Source of the DNA: the human T2T-CHM13v2.0 reference genome, Homo sapiens
DNA length: 64,000 nucleotides
NCBI RefSeq assembly: GCF_009914755.1
Contig: NC_060925.1
Direction: 5' to 3' (one strand)
Below the pieces are notes generated by a model, which worked only from the letters and a program-made list of their open reading frames with translations, did no database searches and was not told the DNA's origin. Positions 1 to 15,726 of this stretch are shown piece by piece. How positions within the stretch are numbered: position 1 is the first letter of the stretch; each line of letters begins with the position of its first letter. Both the position numbers and the translations under genes were made by a program.

Positions 1-775
1 GGGGCTCCTGGGAGCTCACAACCCACTCTCGTTTAATGCACTGCTAAGTGACACCCCCAACAGCAGCACTGGCTTTGAGCAGAGGACTGGGACATGATCA
101 GATGGGATTGGCTCCTCAGCCTGACACCCATGCACCAGGCACTGGGGGCTCAGTGCTGATGTCTTGACCTTGAGGAATCACGGCCTCATGATAGAGGCCT
201 GGGGATCCCCGCGGGGCACAGGGAGATCAGAAGTGGTGGTGGCACATTTGCACTCACTGCAACACATCATTACAGCATGCCTGTCTTTCTCTGTCAGCAA
301 GTATCTGGGGCCTTTGTCCAGGAACTCTCATCAGGGAGTCAGCTACTGGCCATAGATCTGTTCCACAAGGCTGTCCTGTCTGCAGACTCTGCCGGGCAGT
401 GTGGTGAGAGAGCTGGCGAGGCATGGTGACCTTGGGATGGGTGCCCCGGAGCAGTGCTGGCTCTGTTCCTTGACCATAGATGGTGCCTTGGCTGGCAGTT
501 CATCATCTATGCCCTTGGTGGTCGTGGTGGGGTGCTGAGCCAAGCCTTTTCCACTCACCAGACAATCAGATGCCCAAACACACCGTTGCAGGCCAGGAGC
601 TTCATTGTAACACCCTAAGGGCAGCTTGGTTCTGGTTCTGGAAGGCCCTCAGCAGGCAGTGGTAACCCCAGCACGAACAGGAATTGCATCCTAGTGGGGG
701 AGAGTTCTGTGAAGTCACTGATAGACCAGCTGCTCGGTTAGGTGGCCGGTGGGTGGCACTCTTAAAGTTTCATGG

Positions 776-946
776 TTACAAAAATTAGACGATCATGGTG
801 GTGGACGCCTGTAATCCCAGCTACTTGGGAGGCTGGGGCAGGGGGAATTGCTTGAACCCGGGAGGCGGAGGTTGCAGTGAGCTGAGATTGCGCCACTGCA
901 CTCCAGCCTGGGCAACAGAGTGACACTCCGTCTCAAAAAAGAAAAC
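776..946 (+). mobile_element. 5'-truncated Alu (right arm)
   Basis: Right-monomer sequence and A-tail; TSD aaagtttcatgg (764-775) / aaatgtttcatgg (947-959). Confidence 0.95.
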
Positions 947-964
947 AAATGTTTCATGGAGTAT

Positions 965-1190
965 TTGCGAGCTAAACAATGGGTACATGTGGACACAGAG
1001 AATGGAATAATAAACACTGGAGACTCCAAAAGATGGGAGTATAAGCAGTGGGTAAGGGCTGAAAAATTACCTATTGGGTACAATGTTCACCATAGTGACG
1101 GGTTCACTAAAAGCCTAGACTTTACCACTATGCCATATATGCAAGTAAGAAACCTGCACTTTTACCCCCCAAAATGTATATATTAACATT
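965..1190 (+). mobile_element. L1PB/L1MA-type 3' UTR fragment
   Basis: gctaaacaatgggtacatgtggacacagag...aaacctgcacttttacccc resembles an older L1 3' end. Confidence 0.8.
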
Positions 1191-1206
1191 CTACAATTCA
1201 CTTTAA

Positions 1207-1618
<412 letters not shown>

Positions 1619-1696
1619 TAAGTTTGGATTGGCTAATTGTTAAATTAAGTCAATACTTTGCTTGGACCATGTTTAAGAGTTTAAATATACATATAT

Positions 1697-2590
1697 ATCT
1701 ACAAAGAACACAAACAAATTTACAAGAAAAAAAAATCCCATCAAAAAGTGGGCAAAGGATATGAACAGACACTTCTCAAAAGAAGACATTTATGCAGCCA
1801 ACAGACACATGAAAAAATGCTCATCATCACTGGCCATCAGAGAAATGCAAATCAAAACCACAATGAGATACCATCTCACACCAGTTAGAATGGCGATCAT
1901 TAAAAAGTCAGGAAATGACAGATGCTGGAGAGGATGTGGAGACATAGGAACGCTTTTACACTGTTGGTGGGACTGTAAACTAGTTCAACCATTGTGGAAG
2001 ACAGTGTGGCAATTCCTCAAGGATCTAGAACTAGAAATACCATTTGACCCAGTGATCCCATTACTGGGTATATACCCAAAAGATTATAAATCATGCTGCT
2101 ATAAACACACATCACACGTATGTTTATTGCGGCACTATTCAGAATAGCAAAGACTTGGAACCAACCCAAATGTCCATCAATGATAGACTGTATTAAGAAA
2201 ATGTGGCATATACACACTGTGGAATACTATGCAGCCATAAAAAAGGATGAGTTCATGTCCTTTGTAGGAACATGGATGAATCTGGAAACCATCATTCTCA
2301 GCAAACTGTCACAAGGACAAAAAACCAAACACCACATGTTCTCACTCATAGGTGGGAATTGAACAATGAGAACACTTGGACACAGGAGGGGGAACATCAC
2401 ACACCGGGGCCTGTTGTGGGGTGGTGGGGGGGATAGCATTGGGAGATATACCTAATGTAAATGATGAGTTAGTGGGTGCAGCACACCAACATGGCACATG
2501 TATACATGTGTAACAAACCTGCATGTTGTGCACATGTACCCTAGAACTTAAAGTATCATTAAAAAATAAAATAAAATACAATAAAAACAG
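1697..2590 (+). mobile_element. 5'-truncated L1PA (ORF2 C-terminus, 3' UTR, A-tail)
   Basis: ORFs 1761-2147 and 2120-2362 translate to the ORF2p C-terminal cysteine-rich region (HFSKEDI...HCWWDC...HMFSLIGGN) with a frameshift; G-rich 3' UTR; A-tail ~2561-2590. Confidence 0.98.
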
Positions 2591-4339
2591 ACTATTAAGC
2601 AACATTAAAATATATATATATATATATGAAAATAAAACATTTAAATCCACCTATAAATGGGAAGTAAGTGGGCTGTCCATATCTCCTGGTTAAGAATGTC
2701 ATGCTGCTCTGCACAAGCTGGAATTGCACAGGGATCATGGTGGGGGCCTAGAGGGTATGTTTGGTGTTGCTCCCGGTTTGGGCAAATGGACACACAGCCC
2801 TGCTTGAGGATCCAAGTCCCACAGGCTGCCGGCAGAGCCTGTTTATCCCTCACAAAGAGGTTGTCATCAATTTCCAATTAGCTGGAAGCTTGGCGGGCAG
2901 CTTCAGGCTCCAGACTCCATCATACTAATGAAGGCGGGGCCCCTGCTGGAGACAGCGCTGAACGAGGATGGAAGTCAAATTAGGTTATTCCTATGGAGGG
3001 ATATCCAGTCTTTGTTTTGGGGCTGCTGGCTTACCTCTGCAGGGAGGGGAATTTCTCTGGACTCGTAGGGTGAACTCGACCCAACATCTTCCTCTGGGCT
3101 GGGGTGCTGGGAGTGAGAGGTGAGTGAGCCTCAAGGCTCTGTGTCTTCCTTCCAGAGGGGGCAGGCAGAGCTGAGGACAGAGCTGTGGCATTGTCTGTTG
3201 CCTTGGACTTGTAGCAAGGAGAAACACTGGGGTCCCGGAGCCTGGGGGAAACCCCTAGAGGGGGCTGCATCATCTGTCCACGGGCAGATGAGGTGAGGGG
3301 AACTGGGAATGGCTTCTCCTTCGGAGTGACGGGGGTAGCCCAGACTCCATCATGGGGAGCTGACTAAACCTCAGGCCCTAGGTGCACTGACAGGACGGGG
3401 CCTGTTTGCAGTGGCAGGAAAGGAGAGGCCAGAGACCTTCATTCTCTAGTCGGCAGTCTGAAGGGTGGCAGCAGGCTTCAGAGCTGTTGCTGGGGAGTCT
3501 GTAGGAGCAGCTGCGCTCCCTTCTTCACAGGCAGTGCCCTGGGAATACCAGGTTTCCTTATTGATTTGCCCTAGTCTGTCAGATGCAAACAGGCTTTCAT
3601 AGAATCCAAGGAAACATCTGCTGAGAAGAATTACAGTGGGCAGTAAAGCATTTCTCTGGGGAGCTTGTGTGCTCGTTCTTTCCTCCCCCTTCTCCTCCGG
3701 CTTCTGGGAGGGGTTTGAGATATGGAGAAAGACCATTCTGAGCTCCCTCATGGTGGACCGAGGGTCAGGACCAGCCCTTTGCCTTCTTGCCATGGATTCT
3801 CAGGAAGGCGGAAACAACCAGGTGCCTTGATGGGCTGCGACCTAGCAGAGGGGCAGGCACGCGGCTCATCCTGACCCCATGCTCAGCGTCGGGGTCTCCA
3901 CCTCGGGACCCCCATCAGCCTCCTGTGTGCTGAGCATGTCCAGCACTACACAAGGGGATTATGGGAGGAAGGGGGAAATGCAGGACAGAACTGAAATAAT
4001 ACTTCTTCAGTGAAGACTTGGGGCTAAAGAGCCAAGGCCCGGGACCTGCATGCACAGCATGTGAGATGGGCAGAGGGGCCATGTCCCGTTGGCTCCAGCA
4101 TGGAGGCTCCTGAGTGGAGCCATGTGTGTCCACAGGCATGGGGTCAGTGGCCTCCACATACGTGATCTCCTGCGCCCTTCACAGAACCCCTGCTGGCCAA
4201 GCTGGTCAGGCATCACCTCCACGAAGCAGAAGGGTTGCTGCCAATGAAGTCATGGCAGAATGGGGACAGGAAAGGAGAGTCCATCATGAAACCCCATGCT
4301 TCCTACACATGTTGCCTGATTCCAGTGGTTCTCAATCTT

Positions 4340-4647
4340 ATTCTTATTTATTATTTTTTAAAGAGACGGGGGTCTCTGGGAGTTCCAGGTTATAGTGTGC
4401 TATGATCACACCACTGCACTCCAGCCTGGGTGACAGGGTGAGATCCTGTCTCTAAATAAATAAATTCATTAATTAAAAAAAAAAAAGAAAAAAAGAGACA
4501 GGGTCTCACATCTCATTCTGTTGCCCAGCTGGAGTGCAGTGGCATGATCATGGCTCATTACAGCCTTGACCTCCTGGGCTCAAGCAATCTTCCCATCTCA
4601 GCTTCCTGAAGACCTGGGATTACAGGTGTGAGCCACCATGCTTGGCT
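4340..4647 (-). mobile_element. FLAM/FRAM-type Alu monomer (split by the insertion at 4377-4491)
   Basis: TSD gttctcaatctt at 4328-4339 and 4649-4660. Confidence 0.9.
4377..4491 (+). mobile_element. Short 5'-truncated Alu/FAM-like fragment
   Basis: Alu 3' end plus A-tail; TSD aaagagacgggggtctc (~4360-4376) / aaagagacagggtctc (~4492-4507). Confidence 0.88.
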
Positions 4648-5035
4648 TGTTCTCAATCTTTAGAGCCTAGAAGGATCATGAGATGTAAAAATGAAATTCC
4701 TAGGCCTCACTCCCATAGATTCTGATTAAGAAGGTCTGGGGTAGGGTTCAGGGATCTGCCTTTTAACGGAAGGGGGCAGATGAAACCATAATTGGAGAAG
4801 CATTGTCTCAGTCCAGTAAAACTAACAGATATCCACAAAGATCTGCAGTTGCTTTAAATTCACCAAGAGGCTTAAATTAATTAACAAGCATTTTCTGAGA
4901 GCCTATAATTATGTCCCCAAGTTATTAGGGCCTGCTTCATGGGTGAGCGCATTGCACAAGGCCCCACACTTGAGGTTTAGTGCTCTGTGGTGGCTGTCCT
5001 TGAAATTCTCCATGATTTACTCTTTGCGTCTGTGC

Positions 5036-5322
5036 TTTTTGAGACAGTCTCACTCTACTGCCCAGGCTGGAGTGCAGTGGCGAGATCACGACTAGCAGCC
5101 TTGACTTCCTGGGTCCAAGCAATCCTCCTACCTTCCCTCCCGAGTAACTGGGACTATAGGCCTGCTTGGCTAATTTTTACATTTTTTTGTTGAGATATGG
5201 TCCCGCCGTGTTGCTCAGGCTGGTCTCAAACTTTTGGACTCACATGATCCTCCTACTTCAGCCTCCCGCTTCAGCCTCCCAAAGTGCTGGGATTATAGGC
5301 GTGAGCCACGATGCCTGACTGG
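5036..5322 (-). mobile_element. Alu (AluJ-like)
   Basis: Antisense dimer; TSD tctgtgctttt on both sides. Confidence 0.95.
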
Positions 5323-5889
5323 ATCTGTGCTTTTGTAAGTGAAGTCTAATGGGACAGTGGAGCATATGAGGGGTCTTGGTGCCTGGGCCTCACAACCGTT
5401 GCCTCTGGCCTGTGGGTTCTTAGCCTCACTGTTCTCAGCCCATCCCAAGATCGCAGCCACCAGCCTTCCCAGCAGGAGTCTGGGCCCAGGCAGGAAGAGC
5501 CAGTGTCTGGCATGGGTACCCCATGGTGTCTTAGAGCGGGCCATGGTGGCAGCTGGCCAGCCTACCACCCCTGGCCCCAGGTACTGATGTGTTCTGGTGT
5601 GCAGATCTACACATCCTAGGGGTCTCCTCTCTGCCAGGTTGGAGCAATGGGTCAGTGGGAGAGGCATATGCCTGCCTGGACTTCCCCAGACCTGGCTTCC
5701 TGACCTCTAGGAGGTTACAACTGACGTAAATGGAGAGGAAGGAAGCTGGCATTGATTGAACGCACACTCCTCTCTAAGACTCATTTGCTTTTCGCTGATA
5801 TATCCTAGTGCCTAGGACATTGGCATGTGGGCAGTGCTCAAAAACACTCAGGGAAGGAATGAATACATGGAGAAACTCTTTGAGGTCGA

Positions 5890-6030
5890 TTTATATTTCT
5901 TCCATTTTACAGATTAGAAATTAAGGGTTAAGGAGGCTAAACAACCTGCTGGAGGTCTAAAATCAGTAAATGACAGAAATAAGATTTAAATGCAGGTCAG
6001 AATTCCAAAGCCTTTGCCCTTTCTGTGTCA
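5890..6030 (-). mobile_element. MIR fragment
   Basis: ccattttacagat-agaaa-taagg MIR core-like sequence. Confidence 0.6.
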
Positions 6031-6404
6031 CAAGTCTAAAGACATGGCTTAAGCACACTGGCTGCTGGGCCAGGATTTGACAAATGATGCCAGTACTGAC
6101 CCACCAACTGTCCAATCGCCACCAAGTCAGAGCTTCTCCTGGGAGTGGTTTCCTGGTTGTCCCTGGATGTCCAAGGAGGAGAGGGATTCTGAGCCCAGTA
6201 AGAGATTTGTGATTCGGATTTTCACTGGTTCTGCTCTTCGTGGACCATGTCTCAGTCCAAGGAAAAGAGAGGACTAAAGAGATATATTCATGAAAATCCT
6301 CTAATTCAACTGACTCAATTAGGACTTTCCAATTGCTCAAATTGAAAATCTCAACCCAAAATGAGCTAAAACTATTTAATCTTATTTCATGTAACGGAAA
6401 AGTC

Positions 6405-6662
<258 letters not shown>

Positions 6663-7519
6663 TCAGACTCCAGGTGAGTTGATTCCAGGGCTCACCAAGG
6701 ACCCAGGCTCTTGCCATCTCTTAATGTTTCATCCTCAGTGTTGGCAGCTGCAGATGTGACATCTAGAGGAAGTTATTGGGACTGGGCTAGACTATTCATC
6801 TGGGGCGGAATGGATGTTGAGGATCAACTACAACGTCACCACATCATCAGTGCACAAGCAGCCCTGCTTTAGGACCTCACTGGAAAACATCCCAGGAAGA
6901 AACTGTCCATCCTACATTGCCACAGACCACTGCCCAGCCCAGGCAGCCCGAGGGGTCTAGCATATCAGTCACACCAGTGGTGGCAGTACTGGTTGTACCA
7001 GCAGAGCTAACTGGGTGCTGGTGGTGCTTGATCCCAGAGGAAGCTGCAGTGTACCTTCACAAGGCTCGGTAGTCAGCCAAGGTCCCAACAGCAGCCATCA
7101 CCAAAGGAGGCTGCACCTGGACAGCAGCAGTAGGAGGAAGAGTGGTAGCTGGCACATGACACCCAGGACTTATTTGTTAACACATCTGAGACGCCCCTGG
7201 GGAACTGCAGAAATAATTGAAGTTCCTGCAGGTGGCTGGCATCCAAGCATAACAGATGGGGCAAGGTGAGCTAGCGAAGCTTGGCTTTTCTTGCTAAAGG
7301 AACTCTGTCAGCCCCAGACACTGGTTATGTGTACAATGCCTGAGAGAGCTGGGTGAGAGAGCCTCCAGCGTAAGGCTCCCGTCAGCTCTGCCCCCTCCCT
7401 GGGTGGGAGTTATCACAGCTTGGACACAATTCCAGGGGAAACCCGGGCCAAACTCTTCTCTTTGAGTGTGCCAATGGTCACGTAATGTTAATGCTGGTTG
7501 TTCCTGGGTGGTGTGATTA

Positions 7520-7625
7520 GATTACTTTCTTTCTTTTCCTTTTCCTTCCCTTTTTTCCTCATTGATTTTTCCCTTTCCTCCCTTCCCCTTCTTTTCTTGC
7601 TTTCTTTCTTTTTTTTTTTTTTTTG
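7520..7625. repeat. CT-rich low-complexity tract ending in poly-T
   Basis: Seen directly. Confidence 0.85.
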
Positions 7626-8645
7626 GTAATTTTCTGTACTACTAAATTAAAAAATGTTTTATTAACCTTTTCTGAATAGATGCTACATCTCATGGTTCAA
7701 AACTAAAAAAATACATTTAGAAAGTAATCAATGAATCAGAAGCCACATGTAGGGCTTGTAAATGAAACCAACAAGCAAACAAACAGTGAAGAATCTTCTT
7801 TATATCTCTATCTGCCCAGTTTCCCTTCAGCCCTCCTCTTTTCCATTATATTCTTTGGTTTATCCTATAATAACATGTGTATGCTTGCAGAGTTTCTTTA
7901 TGCATATACAAACAGGTGAAAATATATTTTTATTTTCTCCCCCTTTTTTGCACATATATACTGCTGTATACCTTACCTTTTTCACCTAACAACATACCTT
8001 GGAGATCTTTATCAGTACATAAAAAATCCTCACTTTCTTGTATAGCTGCCCTTTGTGATAGGGCATGATAATACCACAATTTTTAAAAATCGTCTGCTAT
8101 TGATGGGCCTTCAGTTTGTTTTCAAACTTTTGCTAATCCAAATGATGTTGCATCAAAAAAACTTGTGCATACATTATTTTGCATATATGTAAGTATTCCT
8201 GTGGGATAAACTCCCAAAAGTGTAACTGCTAAGTCAAAGGGAGTACGTGGTTGTGATATTGACTGATTTGGCAAATTGCCCTCTGTAAGTGTTGCATTAA
8301 TTTATACCACCACCAGGAGTATCTAAGAGTGTCTTTTCCCCCACAGCTTTGCCAACAGAGAGTGTTATCAAATTTTTGGAATTTTGTCAGTCTGATAGGT
8401 GAAGGTTATCTCGGTGTGGTTTTAAAATCATCCTTATTGGGCTATGATTTTAATACAACAGAATGGACTCATTTTAGTCACACAGTTCAAAGAGTTTTGA
8501 ATCAATCAAGGTATAGAACGTTTCCATCACCCCAAAAGATTGACTTGTGCCCCTGCCCAATCAACACCCTTCCCATCCTGTCGGGAGAAACCACTACTGT
8601 GATTTTTATCACTATAAGTCAGTTTTGCTTTTGGCTCTCTCAGCT

Positions 8646-9509
<864 letters not shown>

Positions 9510-9703
9510 TTAGTTTTGCCTGTTTCAGAATTCACAGAAATGGAATCAAATAATGTGTACTCTTTTCTGACCAGCTTCTTTTGCTCAGCATGTTTTTGAG
9601 ATTCACCCATGATGTTGCATTCCTTTTTATTGCAGAGTAGTATTCCATTGAATATTCAAATATACCACACCTTTTGGGTTTGTTTTTCATTCATATGTTG
9701 ATG

Positions 9704-10267
<564 letters not shown>

Positions 10268-10612
10268 TGAACAATAATGTACAAATATTTTTGTGTTTAT
10301 ATGCTTTCATGTGTCTTCAGTAATTTCCAAGAAGTGAAATTTCTGAGTAATATGATACAATGTATGTTTAACTTGGTAAGAAACTAGCCATCTGCTTTCC
10401 AAAGTGGTTGTACCATTTTATCCTCCCATCAGCAAAGTACAAAAGTTCAATAGTCACATATCCTTATCAATACTTGATATTGTTATTATTTTATATTTTG
10501 GTCATTGTAGAAGATATGTGGTGGTATCTAATCATAGATTTAATGTGCATTTCCATGATGATTAATGATGTTGAACATATTTTCAAGTACTTATTGGCTA
10601 TTCCTAATCTTT

Positions 10613-10920
10613 GGTTTGTTTGTTTGTTTGTTTTCTTTATGAGACAAGGTCTCTCTTCCAGGCTGGAGTGCAGAGACTGGTGCAATCATAGCTCACTGCA
10701 GCCTGGAACTTCTGGGCTCAAATGATCTTCCCACCTCGGCCTCCCAAGTAGCTAGAACTACAGGTGACTGCCACCATGCCTGACTAGTTTTTTAATTTTT
10801 TGTAGAGACAGGGTCTTGCTACATTGCCCAGGCTGGTCTCGGACTCTTGGCCTCAAGTGATTCTCCCATCTTAACCTCCCAAAGTGCTGGGGTTACAGAC
10901 GTGAGCCACTGCACCCAGCT
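10613..10920 (-). mobile_element. Alu (AluJ-like)
   Basis: TSD ttcctaatcttt. Confidence 0.95.
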
Positions 10921-11447
10921 CTCTTCCTAATCTTTTGCGGAGTGTCTTGTCAAATCTCTTCCCCATTTTGTATTGAGTTATTTGTCTTTTTAATACTGGG
11001 TTATTGGAGTTCCTTATATAACTCTCAGTGAAGTTTTAATTTGCCTTCTTTTGTGATGTATGACATTGAGCATCTTTTCACATGCCTAAGAGCCGTTTGG
11101 ATTTTCCTTCCTGTGAACTGTCTATTCATATCCTTTGCCTCTATTTCTATTGAGTTGTTAGTCTTTGTCTTACTGATTTCTAGAAAGTCTTTATACATTA
11201 GAAAGGTTAACCCTTTGTCTGAGATAGGAATTGCAATTATTTTCCCCAGTTGCTTGTTCACTTTTGACTTAGCTTATTGATGCTCTTTGCCATGCAGAGG
11301 TTTTAATTTTTATGTATTTGAACTTATCAATCTTCTGTGGCTCCTGAATTTCTGAGTCATGGGTCTTCCTTTTTCCAGGATTCAAAGAGATTCTATCATG
11401 CTTTATTCTATCATGTCTTCTCTCATGTCTTAGCCCAGATTACCTAG

Positions 11448-11772
<325 letters not shown>

Positions 11773-12082
11773 AGAACAGATCTTAAAGCAAAGCAATAGA
11801 GAGATGAAATTACAGTGAAGCAAGAGAGAGTAAAAGGGGATGGAGAAGGCGAGGCAGGAAGGCACATGCAAGGTGGCTGGCCAGGCTTCACAAGAAACAG
11901 CAGGATGCCTCCAAACAGTTCTTTGGCCACAGGGGGAGGAAAGGAGGGGCGTTATCCATTGTTTCCTTCTATCTCTTTTCTACCATTGGTCCGAGCTTGT
12001 CCTGAGGCTGCTACTGCTCTGCCCTTCAGGTATGGGCGTGTTTCCCAGTTCCATTTACTGGCAAGTTCCTCTTCTCCATTGA

Positions 12083-12568
<486 letters not shown>

Positions 12569-12580
12569 TAGGTATTCTTA

Positions 12581-12896
12581 TTCATTTTTTCATAAACTTT
12601 ATAAACAGTTTGTCTGGTTAAAAAAATGGTGTTTTTAACAGACTGCATCACCTTTATAAATTAAATTATGGAGAACTGAAGCTTTTAGTATGTTGAGTCT
12701 TCCTCTCCAAAAACATGGTATATTTATTCCCTTTGTTCCAGCCTGCCTTTGCGTTCCTCAGTCGTTTCAAGGCGTTTTAAGGCTTTACCTGATTCTTGTT
12801 ATAGTCATTCCTCGTGTTAGCAGGTGGTAGGATTGACTTTTTCCCCCAATTTTCTTTGCTTGAATTTAGAAAAATAATTGAATCTGTATACTTTTA
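12581..12896 (+). repeat. ~310-bp direct duplication, copy 2 (probable donor)
   Basis: Aligns along its length with 9704-10013. Confidence 0.95.
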
Positions 12897-13085
12897 AATT
12901 AAAACAATAAATAATTTTTAAATGGTAAAATAAAGGGGAGAAAGGATAGTTTTTTTAAAAAAATAAGAACATACTATGTACCTCATAAATAAGTACAATT
13001 ATTGTATGTCAATTAAAAAATAAGATAAAATAAATTTAGAAATAAATAAAAATTATAAAACGAGAACAAACACCAAAACCAAAGT

Positions 13086-13240
13086 TTTGTGTGTTTTTTT
13101 TTGTTTGTGTGTTTGTTTGTTTTAGAGATGGGGTCCTACTAAGTTGCCCAGGCTGGTCTCATACTTCTGGGCTTAGGTGATCCATCCTGTCTCAGCCTCC
13201 CAAAGTGCTGAGATTATAGGCATGAGCTAGCATGCCTGGC
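13086..13240 (-). mobile_element. FLAM/Alu monomer
   Basis: Left-arm-like antisense monomer. Confidence 0.9.
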
Positions 13241-13539
13241 CCCAAACCAACATTGTACTTTCTCCGGTCTGGCGAGGCTGAGTTCTGGTAGCCTGAAAAT
13301 GCTGACGCAGCCATTGACTGGGTTTGACCCAGGAGCTCTGAGGGGCCCTGAGAGCTCACAATCTGGCAGGGGAGGGTGGAACGGATGAGAGGTTGTTGCT
13401 TTTGCTCGGCTAATGTGGGAGTCCACATTAGTCCGAGGCTATTCCCAGGGCCACAGAATCTACTTTACCCACTGCCCTCATCTTTGGTAAAATGCCTCTC
13501 CCAACTGAAGAATAAACACACTTGCTTTCTCACTTACTC

Positions 13540-13674
13540 TTTATTTTTATTTTTTTTATTTATTTATTTTTTTTGTAGAGAAGGGTGTCTCATTATGCTG
13601 CCCAGGATGGTCTCAAACTCCTGACCTCGACTTCCCAAAGTGTTGGGATTACAGGCATGAGTCACTGCACTCAG
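13540..13674 (-). mobile_element. FLAM/Alu monomer
   Basis: Antisense monomer; ttactct flanks. Confidence 0.88.
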
Positions 13675-14148
13675 TTACTCTCTCACTCTAAGAACCTCCT
13701 TGCTCAACTAAATTTCTTTCTTTTGATGCCAGGAAGTCATAGGCTGGGAGCTGGCATCAGACTTGCTCTGGAATCTATTTTTATTACCTATGTATCACTA
13801 TGTGAGTCAATGACTTTGCCTGCTGAGCATCAATCACAAAGAAACCGCTTTTCCCAGCCAGAGTTCTGGGTGGCGATCTGGGGGACAAAGGCAAGGAGAG
13901 GAAAACTTGGGAGGTTTTCTAGGTGTTAGTTCTGCCCTGGGGTCACACAGCAAGTTGCCTTCCTTTCCATGTGTTCTCTGTCTGTGTCTTCTCTTCTCCA
14001 GCCTTTCTGCTTCTTTAGCAGAAGACATCTGGCCGAATGTCACGGAAAGTGTTTCATTCAATGCATTTAAGAAATGAGATCAAAGTTTCTTTCTATAATT
14101 GGCTTACACACACTGTTGAGTCAGCTTTGCTTTTCCCTGTCTTTCCCC

Positions 14149-14318
14149 GTTTTATTTTTTTAATTTTTTTTGAGATAGGGTCTTCCTCTGTCACCCAGGC
14201 TGGAGCGCAGTGGCTCAATCACAGCTCATTACAGACTCGACCTCCTGGGCTCAAGAGATCCTCCCGCCTTGGCCTCCCAAATGTGCTGGGATTACAGTTG
14301 TGAGCCACTGTCCAGGCC
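14149..14318 (-). mobile_element. FRAM/FLAM-type monomer
   Basis: Antisense monomer with T-tail. Confidence 0.88.
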
Positions 14319-14638
14319 TCCTCTGTTTTATTTATGCAAGTATTTCAAAGGTATTTCAGGGAATATTCGCATCTTATGACTTTGTTCTTCAGAGAAAGTT
14401 AAAGAGTCTTATCTGGGAAAGATGAGGCAGGAATCCAGGAGGGAGGGAGAGATGAGGTTCTGGGTGCCTCTGGAGCTGGCTTTGGCCAGTTTTTTAGAAG
14501 AATGTAATTCTTGCCCCCTCTCTTCAACCCAATGCCTGTCCCCGTCTCACCAGCACATTTACTGGAGGGACAATCTAATCCCAATGGCCAAGCCATTCTG
14601 TGCAAAACTCTTAAGCTCTTCCCAGCACCAGTCTTATT

Positions 14639-14692
14639 TTATTACCTTTTTCTTTTCTTTTTTTTTAAACTCACACCAAAAGCCACATTCAA
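14639..14692 (-). other. 54-bp orphan retro-insertion with A-rich tail
   Basis: Perfect 15-bp TSD agcaccagtcttatt at 14624-14638 and 14693-14707. Confidence 0.8.
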
Positions 14693-15023
14693 AGCACCAG
14701 TCTTATTAGCTCACCTTTCTCTCTTTCTCCTTTCTCTTGTGGTTGGAGAGGCTTTATGGATGGGAAGGACTGAAGTGAGTTAGCTAACTAGAGATTTATT
14801 TGGTTTTGAGGGACGTTGTTCCACCTATTTTGGTTCAGAGTCTAGTCAAATAACTTTATTAAAGAAGATAAGCTTGTTGTGTTCCGTCTTAGGATACCAA
14901 ACCAACATGCCTGTCTCTTCAAATGTTCCTCAAATGAGGTAGTGCTTCAGTTAGGTTGCCCGTGGCTGCAAGCAATGAAAAATACAGCTCTGCTCACTTA
15001 AACGATAAAGACAGCTATTGTCC

Positions 15024-15542
15024 TGTGAGGCAGTCAAGGTGCTTGGCCCCCTAAATCACTGACATGAGGCAGATTGACTAATAGGAGAGAAGACATATGA
15101 ATTTGTTTAACATGTATACACAGGAAGCTTCAGAATGAAGACCCAATCCCCTAGTGGGGTGCAGAAGCTTATGCACCACCTTGAGGTTGCAGAGAGAATG
15201 TGGGCTCAGAGCATGGCCCCAGACAGGTTTCAGTGGCAACACAGGTTGTGGGAGGAAGAAAGGAAGTGGCTTGGCTAGCAAAGGCAGTCCTGTTGTGTAG
15301 ATGAAACCTCACGGGGAGCAACCCTCAGAAACAGCAGATGGCGGATGCTTCTTTTCAGACCTGCAGGTGTCAGAATCTCAGTTAATCTTTCCAGACAAGG
15401 GAAGGGCTGGCTGCATTAATGCAGAGTCTCTACAGATCTACAGGTGCAAATTTCTCCCGCAAAAGACAACCTTGCAGGACACTTCAGAATATGTCAAAGA
15501 AATCTGTTTTGGGGTAAAGTATTAATATTTTGATTTCCTTCA
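15024..15542 (-). mobile_element. MER34-family solo LTR (ERV1)
   Basis: Minus strand starts TGAAGGAAATCAAAATATT...TTACCCCAAAAC. Confidence 0.75.
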
Positions 15543-15726
15543 CCTGCATACTCAAGTCCTGAGGGGAGGTGGACGACAGGATGGACACCACACAGGCCTC
15601 TGGCTCTCTTTCTCTGTCAGCCTCTCCCCCAGCCTCCTCTGGGCACACACTTCATCTTCAGGGCTGGTGCAAGATGGCAGCCCCAGTTCAGCCTCAGTGA
15701 GAAGGAGAATGTTCACAGGAAAAAAG

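Larger units (their letters stand above)
4323..4807. mobile_element. MER5A-like hAT DNA element, interrupted by nested SINEs
   Basis: cagtggttctcaa terminus; gattctgatt...ggtctggggtaggg...tctgccttttaac; ttggagaagcattg terminus. Confidence 0.7.

Noticed and set aside
1761-2362. 128-aa and 80-aa ORFs
   Set aside because: Frameshifted L1 ORF2p tail of a truncated L1PA
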